This document shows positions 17,926 to 44,458 of a stretch of 64,000 bases of DNA, piece after piece. Position numbers and translations under genes: made by a program. The number at the start of each line of letters is the position of its first letter. Position 1 is the first letter of the stretch. The notes under the pieces were generated by a model. The model saw nothing but the letters and a program-made list of their open reading frames with translations, did not search any database and had not been told where the DNA came from. The stretch comes from the human T2T-CHM13v2.0 reference genome, Homo sapiens: the NCBI RefSeq assembly GCF_009914755.1, contig NC_060927.1; one strand, given 5' to 3'.

Positions 17926-19189
17926 CTACTGATATAGAATATATTTACCACGTATTTTCAGCATATTTCTTTGTGCCCTTTTTCCAAACAGTATAAGAAA
18001 CTTAAAATATTAATTCTATCTATTCTCTTCCACTGACATGTTATGAAGAATTTTGTTCCACCTTTTGTCTTCCTAAACTGTTTCTTTTGATTAACAGTTC
18101 TAGGTTTACAGGCCAGGCACGGTGGCTCATGCCTGTAATTCCAGCACTTCGGGAGGCCGAGGCGGGTGGATCACATGAGGTCAGGAGTTCGAGACGAGCC
18201 TGGTCAACATGGCAAAACTGCATCTCTACTAAAAATACAAAAATTAGCCAGGCATGGTGGCACACGCCTATAATCCCAGCTACTCAGGAGGCTGAGGCAG
18301 GAGAATTGCTTGAACCTGGGAGGCAGAGTTGCAGTGAACCGACATCATACCACTGCATTCCAACCTGGGCGACAGAGCAAGACTCTGACTCAATTAAAAA
18401 AAAAAAAGTTCTATGTTTACAGACAGACACTGAGGATATTTTCTACTATCTTCTGACCTCTACTGCCGCTGTGGCAAAGTTTGCTCTGTTTGATTATTTG
18501 CAGGAATGTTTTTTTACTCTAGTTGCTTTTAAGATCTTCTCTTTGGTAATCTTCACTGTACTTCCTGAATCTGAATGGTGATGTTTTTTGTTAATTCTTA
18601 AAATTCTACTGTCATCTCTCTGAATGCTGTCATCTCTCTGAATGTGCCTTTGTCCTTTCTCATCTCTCTACTCCCTCTACCTGAAACTCCCTTTAGATAT
18701 TTTGAACTTTCTAATTCTAGTCCATGTTTCAACTTCTTTTGTACTTTTCATCTCTTATTTCTAGGATCTTCATTATTAGTTACCCTGTCAGATCTTCCAG
18801 TTCATTAATTGTTATCTTCAGCTCTGTTTAAACTTCACTCTAACTCATAGAGACAGGGGTCTCACTTTGTTGCCCAAGTTGATCTTGAACTCCTGGCCTC
18901 AAGGGATCCTCCTGCCTCAGCCTTCTGAGCAACTGAGACTATAAGCATGCATCCCTATACCCAGCTCATTCACTAAGTTTTTAAATTCCGTAACTATAAT
19001 TTTTGTTTTTTCATAAAGTCTTGGACTTTTCTTAGAGTTCTGATTCCTTATTTTACATCCAATAGTTTAACCATTTTAAAGAGTATAATTCAGTAGGACT
19101 AAGTACATTCAAAATGTTAAATAACTATTACCGGTATAGTATCTATTTTCAGAACTTCTTCATTATGCAAACAAAAACTCTGTACCCCT

Positions 19190-21552
<2,363 letters not shown>

Positions 21553-22019
21553 TGACAAGGTCTCACTCTGTCACCCAGGCCGGAATGCAGTGACATAATC
21601 ATAACTCACTGCAACCTCGAACTCCTGCGCTGAAGCAATCCTCCTGCCTCAACCTCCCAACTAGCCAGGACTACAGCCATGTGACACCACACTCAGCATA
21701 TATATATATATTTACAGATGGGGTCTCACCATGTTGCCCAGCCTGCAGCCAAATAATTTTAAATAAAAATAAATTTTAGGCCAGACACAGTGGCTCATGC
21801 CTGTAATGCCAGCACCTTGGGAAACCAAGCCAGGGAGGATCATTTGAGCTCAGGAGTTCAAGACCAGCCTGGGCAACATAATGAGACTCTGTGTCTATTT
21901 TTTCGTATATATTTAAAAAATAAAAATAAATAGATTTTAGGTCAGGTGTAATCCCAGCACTATGGGAGGCCAAGACGGGTGGATCACCTGAGGTTAACAG
22001 TTTGAGACCAGCCTGGCTA

Positions 22020-22205
<186 letters not shown>

Positions 22206-22279
22206 TCAAAAAAAAAAAAAAAGATTGTAAAGCTTTTTTTCAATATCTCTGAAAGTAAAAGTCAACAACTTTTTAAAAA

Positions 22280-22626
<347 letters not shown>

Positions 22627-24797
22627 TGAGACCACAGTGTGCACCACTACACCCACAAAGAGACTCCATCTCTTTGTAAATGAGGTCTCCTTAGGTTATC
22701 CAGGCTGAATAAGTCTTAATTATAACTTCTGAGGAACACCAATAGCTAATTTGTTGAGAAATAATGATTTCTGACTCATTAATTGCTATAATTAAAATAT
22801 TTTAAGAAATATTGATTTATTAAAAAAAGCTGCATAGGATACTTCTGAAGAGTACAGATCATCATGTAATCAAGTAACACAATATGAAAAAGGCTTGCAA
22901 TCTGTTCTCTAAACACTGGATTCAAGACAATTTCCAATCTAATGCACAATGGAATAAGTCACTTCTCCCAATAAACCATTAATTAGGAAACGATAAAATT
23001 GTTCTTGCAGAAAGCTTTATTATTCATAATTTCCCTTAAATAGTGTTTCTAACCACCAAAGGGCACTCACTTCTTTCTAGATCTACAATGATGAAACTAT
23101 AAAGAACCAGAGATGATTTTCCTACAAGGACAACATGGAAATTTTCAAAAAGCCCCGTTAAATCATCTGTTATCGGCTGGGTGCAGTGGCTCATGCCTGT
23201 AATCCCAGCACTTTGGGAGGCTGAGGTGGGCGAATCATCTGAGGTCAGGAATTCAAGACCAGCCTGGCCAACGTGGTGAAACCTCATCTCTAATAAAAAT
23301 ATTTTAAAAATTAGCCGGGCGTGGTGGCGGGCACCTGTAATCCCAGCTACTCAGGAAGTTGAGGCAGGAGAAATCACTTGAACCCAGGAGGTGGAGGTTG
23401 CAGTGAGCCGAGATCACACTATTGCACTCCAGCCTGGGCAACAGAGTGAGGCTCTGTCTCAAAAAAAAAAAAAAAATCTGTAATCTTGGATAAACCTTGT
23501 GTATACAAATATATTGCCATAAATGCTTTTATCATCCTGATTTTCAAAATAATCCATATTAAAAATTTTTTACAAAGACAGATTCTTCTAGTCTCACACG
23601 GGTTGCTAACTGGAGATTTTAGTCTATAAATGATATTGCAAATTATAACGTTAATCACAACGTTATTCTCTAAAATACTTTCTGTGGCACAATTATTCTG
23701 CAATAAAAGTTAATATGAATTTTCTTAAAAGCTAAATAAGAATCAAGATCTTTCATTTGGGTCATACACTTAACTATAATAAGACTTCCAGGCTGGGTGC
23801 AGTAGCTCATTCCTATAATCCCAGCACTTTGGGAGGCTGAGGCGGGAGGACTGCTTGAGCCCAAGAGTGTGAGACCAGCCTGGGCAACATAGGGAGACCT
23901 CATCTCTACAAAAAAATTTTTAAAAAATTAGCTGGGCATGGTGGCACTTGCCTATGGTCCTAGCTACTTGGGAGGCTGAGGCAGGAGAATGGTTTGAGAC
24001 AAGGAGGTCAAGGCTGCAGTGAGCTTTTCTTTTAACCTGTCTCGAAAGAAAAAAAAAAGATTTCCAGAGTGTTTAAGAAGATTAAAATTTTAATAGCTTT
24101 AAAAATAAAGCAACTGGCCGGGCACAGTGGCTCACGCCTGTAATCCCAGCACTTTGGGAGGCCAAGGCGGGCAGATCAGCTGAGGTCGGGAGTTTGAGAC
24201 CAGCCTGACCAACATGGAGAAACCCCATCTCTACTAAAAATATAAAAATTAGCCAGGCGTGGTGGCACGCACCTGTAATCCCAGCTACTCAGGAGACTGA
24301 AGCAGGAGAATTGCTTGAACCCGGGAGGCAGAGGTTGCAGTGGCCCGAGATCGCGCCACTGCCTCCAGCCTGCACGACAGAGCGAGACTCCATCTCAAAA
24401 AAAAAAAAACAAGCAAGCTATGGGACATACGCAATTCACACAGCAAATTCTTAAAGCTAAGATAGAAAATATTTACATTACGTCTAAAACTTGAGCAACT
24501 AATTTTTTTTTCTGTCTCACTCTCTTGTCAGGGCTGGAGTGCGGCAGCACGATCAGGGCTAACCATAGCCTCTACTTCCTGAGTTGAAGCGATCCTCCCG
24601 CCTCAGCATTCCAAACATCTGGGACTACAGGCATGAGCTACCGTGCCCAGCTAATGATTTATTTTTGTAGAGCCAGGGTCTTCCTATATTGCCCAGGCTA
24701 CATCGCCAGTCTTGAACTCCTGGGCTCAAGCACTCCTCCTGCCTTAGCCTCACAAACTCCTGGGATTACAGATATGAGCCAACTCACCTGGCCCTAA

Positions 24798-24989
<192 letters not shown>

Positions 24990-25170
24990 TAGAGACAGGG
25001 TTTTGCCATGTTGGCCAGACTGATCTCAAACTACTGGCCTCAAGTGATCTACCTGCCTCGGCCTCCCAAAGTGCTGGGATTACAGGCGTGAGCCACGACG
25101 CCCAGCCCCTAATTTTTGTTTTGTTTTGTTTTTTTTGAGACGGAGTCTCGCTCTGTCGCCCAGGCTGTAG

Positions 25171-25323
<153 letters not shown>

Positions 25324-26124
25324 TAGCCAGGATGGTCTCGATCTCCTAACCTCGTGATCTGCCCACCTCGGCCTCCCAAAGTGCTGGGGTTACAGGTGTG
25401 AGCCGCCACGCCCGGCCTACCCAGCCCCTAATTTTTGATAGTTGAAGCATACATGCATAGTCACTATCAATTTAACATTTGCTTGTCTTCCTAACACTTA
25501 CTCTTATTTGAAATTATCAGTTTATTTTTGTTTGCCCACCCCCAAACACCTACATGAATGTAAAGCTCTCATGTTGCTAACAAAATATTCCAAGCCCCTA
25601 CAACAAAACACAGCACAAAAGAGATCTTCTAGTATTAGCTACACAAATAATAAATACCACGAAGAATAGGAAAGAAAGGCTTCCTCAAATACAAAGCTCT
25701 TTATCACTGGGAAGATCACTCATCAAGAGTAAGAGTTTGACATTATAAATCCATTCCAGAAACACATGGGCCAGGCATGGTGTCTCATGTCTGTAATCCC
25801 AGCACTTTGGGAGGCCAAGGCAGGAAGATGGTTTCAGCCCAGAAGTTCGAGACTAGCCTGGCAACACAGTGAGACCTCGTCTCTACAAAAAAATTTAAAA
25901 ATTAGCCGGGCATGGTGACACATGCCTATACTTCCAGCTACTCAGGAGGCTGAGGTGGGAGAACAGCTTAAGCCCAGGAGGTCAAGGCTGCAGTGAGCCA
26001 TGGTGATCTCACCACTTCACTCTAGCCTGGGCAACAGAGTAAGACCCCATCTCAAAAAAAAGGCTGGGCGCGGTGGCTCACACCTGTAATCCCAGCACTT
26101 TGGGAGGCTGAGGCAGGCAGATCA

Positions 26125-26818
<694 letters not shown>

Positions 26819-27400
26819 TGCTGAGTTAGTTGTTTGATTAGGTAAACAAAGCAGCCCGGAAGCTCAAACTGGGTGGAACCCACCACAGCTCAAGGAGGCC
26901 TGCCTGCCTCTGTAGGCTCCACCTCTGGGGGCAGGGCACAGACAAACAAAAAGACAGCAGTAACCTCTGCAGACTTAAATGTCCCTCTCTGACAGCTTTG
27001 AAGAGAGTAGTGGTTCTCCCAGCATGCAGCTTGAGATCTGAGAACAGGCGGACTGCCTCCTCAAGTGGGTCCCTGACCCCCAAGTAGCCTAACTGGGAGG
27101 CACCCCCCAGTAGGGGCGGACTGACACCTCACACGGCTGGGTACTCCTCTGAGACAAAACTTCCAGAGGAACGATCAGGCAGCAGCATCTGTGGTTCACC
27201 AATATCCGCTATTCTGCAGCCACCGCTGCTGATACCCAGGCAAACAGGGTCTGAAGTGGACCTCTAGCAAACTCCACAAGACCTGCAGCTGAGGGACCTG
27301 TCTGTTAGAAGGAAAACTAACAAACAGAAAGGACATCCACACCAAAAACCCATCTGTACGTCACCATCGTCAAAAACGAAAGGTAGCTACAACCACAAAG

Positions 27401-28417
27401 ATGGGAAAAAAACAGAGCAGAAAAACTGGAAACTCTAAAAATCAGAGCGCCTCTCCTCCTCCGAAGGAACACAGTTCCTCACCAGCAATGGAACAAAGCT
27501 GGACGGAGAATGACTTTGATGAGTTGAGAGAAGAAGGCTTCAGATGATCAAACTACTCCGAGCTACAGGAGGAAATTCGAACCAATGGCAAAGAAGTTAA
27601 AAGCTTTGAAAAAAAATTAGACAAATGGATAACTAGAATAACCAATGCAGAGAAGTCCTTAAAGGACCTGATGGAGCTGAAAACCAAGGCACAGAAAGCT
27701 ACGTGACGAATGCAGAAGCCTCAGTAGCCGATGTGATCAACTGGAAAAAGGGTATCAGTGATGGAAGACGAAATTAATGAAATGAAGCGAGAAGAGAAGT
27801 TTACAGAAAAAAGAATAAAAAGAAACGAACAAAGCCTCCAAGAAATATGGGACTATGTGAAAACACCAAATCTACGTCTGATTGGTGTACCTGAAAGTGA
27901 CAGGGAGAATGGAACCAAGTTGGAAAACACTCTGCAGGATATTATCCAGGAGAACTTCCCCAATCTAGCAAGGCAGGCCAACATTCAAATTAAGGAAATA
28001 CACAGAACACCACAAAGATACTCCTCAAGAAGAGCAACTCCAAGACACATAATTGTCAGATTCACCAAAGTTGAAATGAAGGAAAAAATGTTAAGGGCAG
28101 CCAGAGAGAAAGGTCGGGTTACCCACAAAGGGAAGCCCATCAGACTAACAGCTGATCTCTCTGCAGAAACTCTACAAGCCAGAAGAGAGTGGGAACCAAT
28201 ATTCAACACTCTTAAAGAAAAGAATTTTCAACCCAGAATCTCATATCCAGCCAAACTACGCTTCATAAGTGAAGGAGAAATAAAATACTTCACAGACAAG
28301 CAAATGCTGAGAGATTTTGTCACCACCAGGCCTGCCTTACAAGAGCTCCTGAAGGAAGCACTAAACATGGAAAGAAACAACCGGTACCAGCCACTGCAAA
28401 AACATGCCAAATTGTAA
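27401..28417 (+). pseudogene. L1 ORF1p, disrupted
   Basis: ATG at 27401 (MGKKQSRKTGNSK); in-frame TGA at 27545-27547; +1 indel near 27692 and -1 near 27746; C-terminal 219 codons open. Confidence 0.92.
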
Positions 28418-28480
28418 AGACCATTAACGCTAGGAAGAAACTGCATCAACTATCGAGCAAAATAACCAGCTAACATCATA

Positions 28481-32302
<3,822 letters not shown>

Positions 32303-32604
32303 ACAATGAGAACACATGGACACAGGAAGGGGAACATCACACACTGGGGACTGTTGTGGGGTGGGGGAAGCGGGAAGGGATAGCATTAGGAGATATACCT
32401 AATGCTAAATGTCGAGTTAATGGGTGCAGCACACCAACATGGCACATGTATACATATGTAACAAAACTGCACGTTGTGCACATGTACCCTAAAACTTAAA
32501 GTATAATAATAATAAAATTAAAAAAAAAAGAAAAGAAAAAAAACCACACAACATATAATCTCAAGATTTAAAAAAATTCTACACTGGCCAGGTGTGGCAG
32601 TTCA

Positions 32605-33279
<675 letters not shown>

Positions 33280-33558
33280 TCACGACTATAATCCCAGCAA
33301 TCTGAAATGCTAAAGTAGGAGGATCACTTGAGCCCAGTTGCTCACTGGGCAATACAGCAAGACCCCATCTCAATTTAAAAAATGATAATAAAAAATAAAT
33401 AATTTTATTATTGCCTGTCAGGATTTCTTAGATTTTTATAACATATATTACTATATGAATAACAAAAACTGTAACAATGATTTTAACCACAAAGACAAAT
33501 CAAATACATCATAATTCAATTACAAAATAAAATTATGACTTTACTTTTCACTAAGTAC

Positions 33559-33672
33559 CTTTTCTTGAAAGACGACAGCAGTTTCCAGCCCTGGCATGAT
33601 GTCTAATAGGAGTCTGCAAGCTGCAGTGTTTAAAGGGGGCTCTCGGCTTGTCATCACATATGCATTCACCAG
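33559..33672 (-). CDS. DCAF1: DCAF1 coding exon 4, aa 88-125 (114 nt)
   Basis: Acceptor TTTACAG|CTG; LVNAYVMTSREPPLNTAACRLLLDIMPGLETAVVFQEK; donor AAG|GTACTT. Confidence 0.97.
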
Positions 33673-34180
33673 CTGTAAAGAAAAAAAAGAAATACTGTTC
33701 ATCTAAAATTCAACCCAGTCAAATTAAGGACATCTAATAAAACCTCAACATATTCCCATTACTTTCTTAACGGGTATGAAAGAAGACTGTATGTAACTAA
33801 TTAAACTTTTACTAATTAAACCTTTAATTATTATAAACACTTATGATCTTGCTGAGCCATGGTGATACCACACATAATTTCTTCTGCAGCTTTAAAGCCA
33901 AATCCCCCCAAAACAACTCAGCAATCATAGAAATTAAAGGTCAAACGCTGATGCCAGTGATGCACACTTGTAATCCCAGCACTTTGGGAAGCCAAGGCAG
34001 GAGGATCACTTGAGCTGAGGAGTTTGAAACCAGCCTGGACAACACGGCAAAACCCCATCTCTACCAAAAATACAAAAATTAGCCAAGCATGGTGGCACAT
34101 GCCTGTAGTCCCAGCTACATGGGAGGCTGAGGTGGGAGGATGCCCAGAGCCCAGGATGTCAAGGGTGAAGTGAGCCCTAA

Positions 34181-34519
<339 letters not shown>

Positions 34520-34744
34520 TAACTCCTGGCCTCAGGTGATCCTCCCACCTCAGCCTCCCAAAGTACTGGGATTACAGGCATGAGCCATCACATCTGGCCC
34601 CCACACCACTGCATATACACTTTTTTAAAAGCATAAGCAGGGCAATATGAGCTCCATATTCTTGACAATGGTTAATGAAAAACTCAAATTTTATAATAAA
34701 TTATATATATAATACAATAATATGTATTAATAAAAGTCTCCATT

Positions 34745-35880
<1,136 letters not shown>

Positions 35881-35969
35881 TAATACAGATAATAATAGCT
35901 AATACTGGCTGGGTGCAGTGGCTCATGCCCGTAAACCCAGTACTTTGGGAGGCCGAGGCAGGTGGATCA

Positions 35970-36188
<219 letters not shown>

Positions 36189-36339
36189 TCAAAAAATAAA
36201 TAAGCAAATAAATAAATGATAATACTAGCTAATACCTACTGGGCCTTCATCGTGTGCCAGGCTCTCTGCCAAGCACCTTCATGCTTAATTTCATTCAAGG
36301 AGTACAAAAAAGGTTTTAAATGCTATTAACTCCATTTTA

Positions 36340-36714
<375 letters not shown>

Positions 36715-37247
36715 CTATGGAGCTGGATTTAAATCCAAAACATGGACCCCCAAAGCCCACGTTCTCAAGCATCATGCCATCCCACCTCCAAAAACAAACC
36801 TATCAGCCACAATTTGTTGAGCAATTACTATGTTCAGGAGCTGAGTAAAATATGTATATTCTTATTTACTCCTCACATCCTCCTCAAGATAGACAGAAAG
36901 CAACTTTCTATCCCTCTACATGCCCAATGCATACCCCACAGTGTCAGTGCAGAATCATGCTGTATGCATCACTCTTATTTTTCCATTGAAAAACTGAAGA
37001 GGGCCCCTATATTCTCAAATTCAAAATCATTTTGCCCAAGAATGAGCGTAGATACCTTGGGAGGCCTCACCAATATCAAAGTACATACCAAAGAGAAAGC
37101 ATTATGGCCACAACCAGGACTTTGGCAAAAAACTCTACTCCCAACTTTGTCAAGGCCTTAGGAGAAGGCAAACTATTCACGAAAAAACAATAAAGATACA
37201 GCATCTACAGATGATAATCGCTGGAGAAAAGTAAGAAGCAAACCTAC

Positions 37248-37321
37248 TGCATTCATGAAATCATCATTCTTGAAGAGTATTCTCAGCAAGTGGCCCAGCA
37301 TACACTCTGGATCAGCTCGAC
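37248..37321 (-). CDS. DCAF1: DCAF1 coding exon 3, aa 63-87 (74 nt)
   Basis: Acceptor CTTGGTAG|GT; RADPECMLGHLLRILFKNDDFMNA; donor GCA|GTAGGT. Confidence 0.97.
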
Positions 37322-37515
37322 CTACCAAGAGAAGAGGGGAGGAACAAACAAAGGAATGAGTAAGTCATCCCAGTCAAGCAACTTAGACCTCTGGAAAGGC
37401 ACCTGGGTTGTTATAAGCACTAATAAAATGCCAGCAAAAATAATCAGAAACAAAAGATTATTGTGCTAAATTAGATTACATAAGAAACATGCTTTAGGCC
37501 AGGCGCAGTAGCTCA

Positions 37516-38112
<597 letters not shown>

Positions 38113-38592
38113 AAGAAACATAATTTAAAAATAACAACGTAAAAACTTGAGACACTGCTCTCTAGCCTTCCCATCTCCTAGCATACTGCCTATACAGCAC
38201 TGTTGAATTAAACAAATGAGCACTAGATCCAGATGAGCATCACCAAGAGTATACAAGGTCTACAAAAGAATCATAAAGGAACCTAAGAGAGAGAAAACTT
38301 CTGACTCCCCATCCATAAAAAGGTAGGAAGCATGCTTCTATTGATGGGTGGCCTGGAGAAGACTGGCTCCAAGTCCAACCTCTCCTTCCACTACAATGAC
38401 AACAGCAACAGAGATGCATGCTCAAACATGTAAGGACACCCTGGGTCAGGGTGACGGGGGTGAATTCCACCAAGCAATCACTAACCCTAAAGATACAATA
38501 ACCTTGCCCATCTTAACTTAGCTCTTGTGGAAAGAAAGGAGGCCAGGGGCCTAGGATCAACTCAATGCATAGCCTAACGATAAAAGAATTAG

Positions 38593-38989
<397 letters not shown>

Positions 38990-39606
38990 TAGTCAAAACA
39001 TACAATAGAGAATGAAGACAAGATGTGAGCTGCTGCTATGTTTTTACCAAGCTGTTAATTAGTATCTCAAAGTAATTCACAAAAAGAAAGAAACATCAGA
39101 GAAAAGTATCACAAAAACAAACAAGGACCGTAGTTACCTAATGTTAGCTGTTTATAAATCATGAAACTGAAATCCTTATTTTTAATAAAGAAATAATGCC
39201 ACTGACAAATATTGCTTAATATTAAGAGGAAAAAATTGCTTTGTAAGCTCTACTGAAAAATGTCATATCTTTCTCTGTCTCTCCCTTCTTCCTCGTTGCC
39301 ATTTAATCCATCTCCAGGCAATGACATTCAGCATGATTATCTATCTTTTAATGCTTTTCATAATCCTATGCATTAACTTAATTTCTGATTTCACATTCAC
39401 TTTCATACTTCTTCATGCTCTGATTTGAGTTATTGAAGATGTGGGTTAAATGGTGAATATTCCTCTGTAGTCACAAGTAGGGATGTCCAGGACAACAGCA
39501 CCAGATAACATCACATAAGCAACTAGACTCTCAATTTGAAATGCCTAGCTTACATGTGAGAACAAAAGTGTAAGAAATAGCAGTAAACCCTGGAACATTC
39601 AGGTGA

Positions 39607-40113
<507 letters not shown>

Positions 40114-40264
40114 TAATTCTGTACCACTGTAGCAAATTCCATACCAAAGCAGGTGCTATCATGGCTTTAATTAGCCCAAAATTGGCCAGGCTCAGTGGCT
40201 CACGCCTGTAATCCCAGCACTTTGGGAGGTGGAGGCGGGTGGATCACTTGAGGTCAGGAGTTCA

Positions 40265-40507
<243 letters not shown>

Positions 40508-41373
40508 TTAACACGAGAAGGCATACTTTAGTTCTCAAGACACCAAAGCAGACATAAGCGTCAAGGTTCCAAATATCAACTTCCTAACTAAAAGCAGGAC
40601 ACTGAATGCTTTCTCAACTATATTTCCCCAACAGTAAAAGGATAATTATTTAGAGGATAATTATTATTAGAAAGATGAAGGCACAGAGAAGAACACCTTT
40701 TGTTTTTATGGTTTAAAAAAGTTGGTTGGGCACAGTGGCTCATGCCTATAATCCCAGCACTTTGGGAGGCCCAGGCGGGAGGATAGCTTGTGTCCAGGAG
40801 TTCGAGACCAACTTGGGCAGCAAAGCAAGACCCCATCTCTACAAAAAAATAAAAACTAAAAATCAGCCAGGCATGATAGCACACGCCTGTAGTCCCAGCT
40901 ACTCAAGAGGCTGAGGTGGGAGGATCGTTTGAGCCAGGAGATCCAGGCTGCAGTGAGCTATGATCATGCCACTGCACTGCAACCTGGGCAACAGAGTGAG
41001 TACCCATCTCCAAAAAAGAAAAAGTCTGAAAGGAAGACAATTTTTCTTTTTAATTCTTTGTCATCATATCAACTGAGTTAACTAAAGTACACCTACTTCT
41101 GTTCCTTTAGGTTAGTTATGTGATATTCGATTGGCAAATATCAAAAATATTTCCAATTTTTTCCAGAAATTTATTTTTCCTCACTAGCTCCACCTTGAGC
41201 AACATTTTAACAAATAAAAGGTCTTAAAACTTACCACAAAAGACGCTATTTCAATTCAAAAATTTTCCCATAAGCAATTTTTCTTTTTTAGAAAAGAAAA
41301 AAAAGACCCTCGCTTTAATAAAAGTGTCTTAAAAGAAAAAAAAAAGACCCACACTTAAGAGCACAAATCTTAC

Positions 41374-41450
41374 CAGGATGTCGATCATCAAATGGGTCTG
41401 GATCCCCTTTACGATACTCTTCAGTTTCTTTTTCAATCAATTGAGACATC
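41374..41450 (-). CDS. DCAF1: DCAF1 coding exon 2, aa 37-63 (77 nt)
   Basis: Acceptor GTGCTAG|G; MSQLIEKETEEYRKGDPDPFDDRHP(G); donor G|GTAAGA. Confidence 0.97.
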
Positions 41451-41608
41451 CTAGCACAAAGGAAACAAGGGGTCAACTCTGGACAAGCATAAAAAAATGG
41501 ACCACCACTACAACAGTCAATTCAACGGTCAAGGTAGAAAATAAAAGCAAAGTTAGAAAAAGACTATTTCTTCTGATGTACATAGAAATCTACACAATTA
41601 TCTCATAA

Positions 41609-41833
<225 letters not shown>

Positions 41834-43056
41834 TAGCCAGGATGGTCTCGATCTCCTGACCTCGTGATCCACCCGCCTCAGCCTCCCAAAGTGCTGGGAT
41901 GACAGACGTGAGCCACCACACCTGGCCCCCAAACTCATTCTTATATAAACTTTCCCTTCTTCAAAAAATAACATTACCTTCACCTCAGAAACCAAAAATG
42001 TAGGACTCATCTTTAAAATCTTCCTTTTCTTGCTGGGCATGATGGCTCACGCCTGTAATCCCAGCACTCTGGGAGGCCGAGGCAGGAGGATCACCTGAGG
42101 TTGGGAGTTCAAGAACAGCCTGAACAACATGGAGAAACCCCGTCTCTACTAAAAATACAAAATTAGCTGGGCGTGGTGGCACATACCTGTAATCCCAGCT
42201 AGTAGGGAGGCTGAGGCAGGAGAATCACTTGAACCTGGGAGGTGGAGGTTGCGGTGAGGCAAGAGATTGCGCCACTGCACTCCAGCCCGGGCAACAAGAG
42301 TGAAACTCTGTCTCAAAAAAAAAAACCTTCCTTTTCTCCTCCCTCTCCCACAACAATTTCTGTTAGCTCTACTACAAGGTACTTCCTGACTCACATCACT
42401 TCTCTAATTCTTGACCACTCCTATCCTCATCCAGACCACCATCATCAACTACCTGGATTACCTCTAATGGTCTTTTTACCAGTCTCCTTGCTTCCTGCTT
42501 CCATGTCTGATCTGATGCAATTCATTCTCCAACTTCCAATGACTTACCACAATACCCTGAATTAAATCCAAGTACTACTATGGCCTGCAATTATCTGGCT
42601 TCTGCCTGCTGCTTCCTGACCACTTCTTCCACTCCTCCACCCTCCTGCATTAACCTTCGGTCACTGTTCTTCAAAGAGCCCAATTTCACTCCTGTTTCAG
42701 GGTTACAGTGCTATTAACTCAGCTGGTAACATTTTTCCCACCATCTAAGCCTCCACCCCTGCCCCAAGTAACCGTTCATCTGCTTTCTCTCACTACAAGT
42801 GAGTTCTGCCTGATCCAGAATTTGTTTTTTTTCTTGTAGAGATGGGGTCTTGCTATGTTGCCCAGGCTGGAGTCTAGTGGCTATTTACAAGCATAAACAT
42901 AGCACACTACAGCTTCAAACTCTTGGCCTCAAGCAATCCTCCTGCCTCAGCCTCCCAAGTAGCTGGGTCTATAGGCACGCAACACTGTGTCTGGCTTGTT
43001 TCAGACTTTCACATAAATTGAACCATATAATCTTTTTACATCTAACTTTCACCTAG

Positions 43057-43233
<177 letters not shown>

Positions 43234-43420
43234 TGAGTAGCTGGAATTACAGGCATGCACCACCATACCTGGCTAAGTTTTGTATTTTTAGTAGAGATGG
43301 GGTTTCTCCATGTTGGTCAGGCTGGTCTCGAACTCCTGACCTCAGGTGATCTGCCCGCCTCAGCCTCCTAAAAGTGCTGGTTATAGGCGTGAGCCACCAC
43401 GCCCGGTTATTCATGCATTA

Positions 43421-43705
<285 letters not shown>

Positions 43706-44168
43706 TCAAAAAAAAAAAAAACAAGAAAAATTACTATCTGGGTGACCTAAGACTGACACTCTATAATAATGACAAGCCAATACAAGACTATCATACTCTC
43801 CATCTAACATGCTCTGTCCTAAATCAAACTCTCCTATGTGCTTATTTCCAGGACACTATACTTTCTAGTCTTTTTTTTTTTTTTTTTTTTTAAGAAACAG
43901 GGTCTAGCATGGGCGACAGAATGAGACTCCATCTCAAAAAAAAAAACAAAAAACAAAACACCAAAAACCAGAAAAAAAAAACAGGGTCTCACTCTGTTGC
44001 TCAGGCTGGAGTGCAGCAACACGACTCATGGCTCACTGAAGCCTCAACATCCCAGGCTCAAATGATCCTCCCACCTCAGGCTCCTGAATAACTGGGACTA
44101 CAGGAACACCACCATGCCCGGCTAACTTCAAAAATTTTTTGTAGTTGGGGATTTGCTCCCCAGGCTGA

Positions 44169-44458
<290 letters not shown>

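Noticed and set aside
18609-18644. 18-bp tandem duplication (CTGTCATCTCTCTGAATG x2)
   Set aside because: Ordinary slippage duplication in degenerate repeat sequence.
36742-37161. 139-aa plus-strand ORF
   Set aside because: Starts in MIR-like sequence, no recognisable homology, antisense intronic; consistent with chance.
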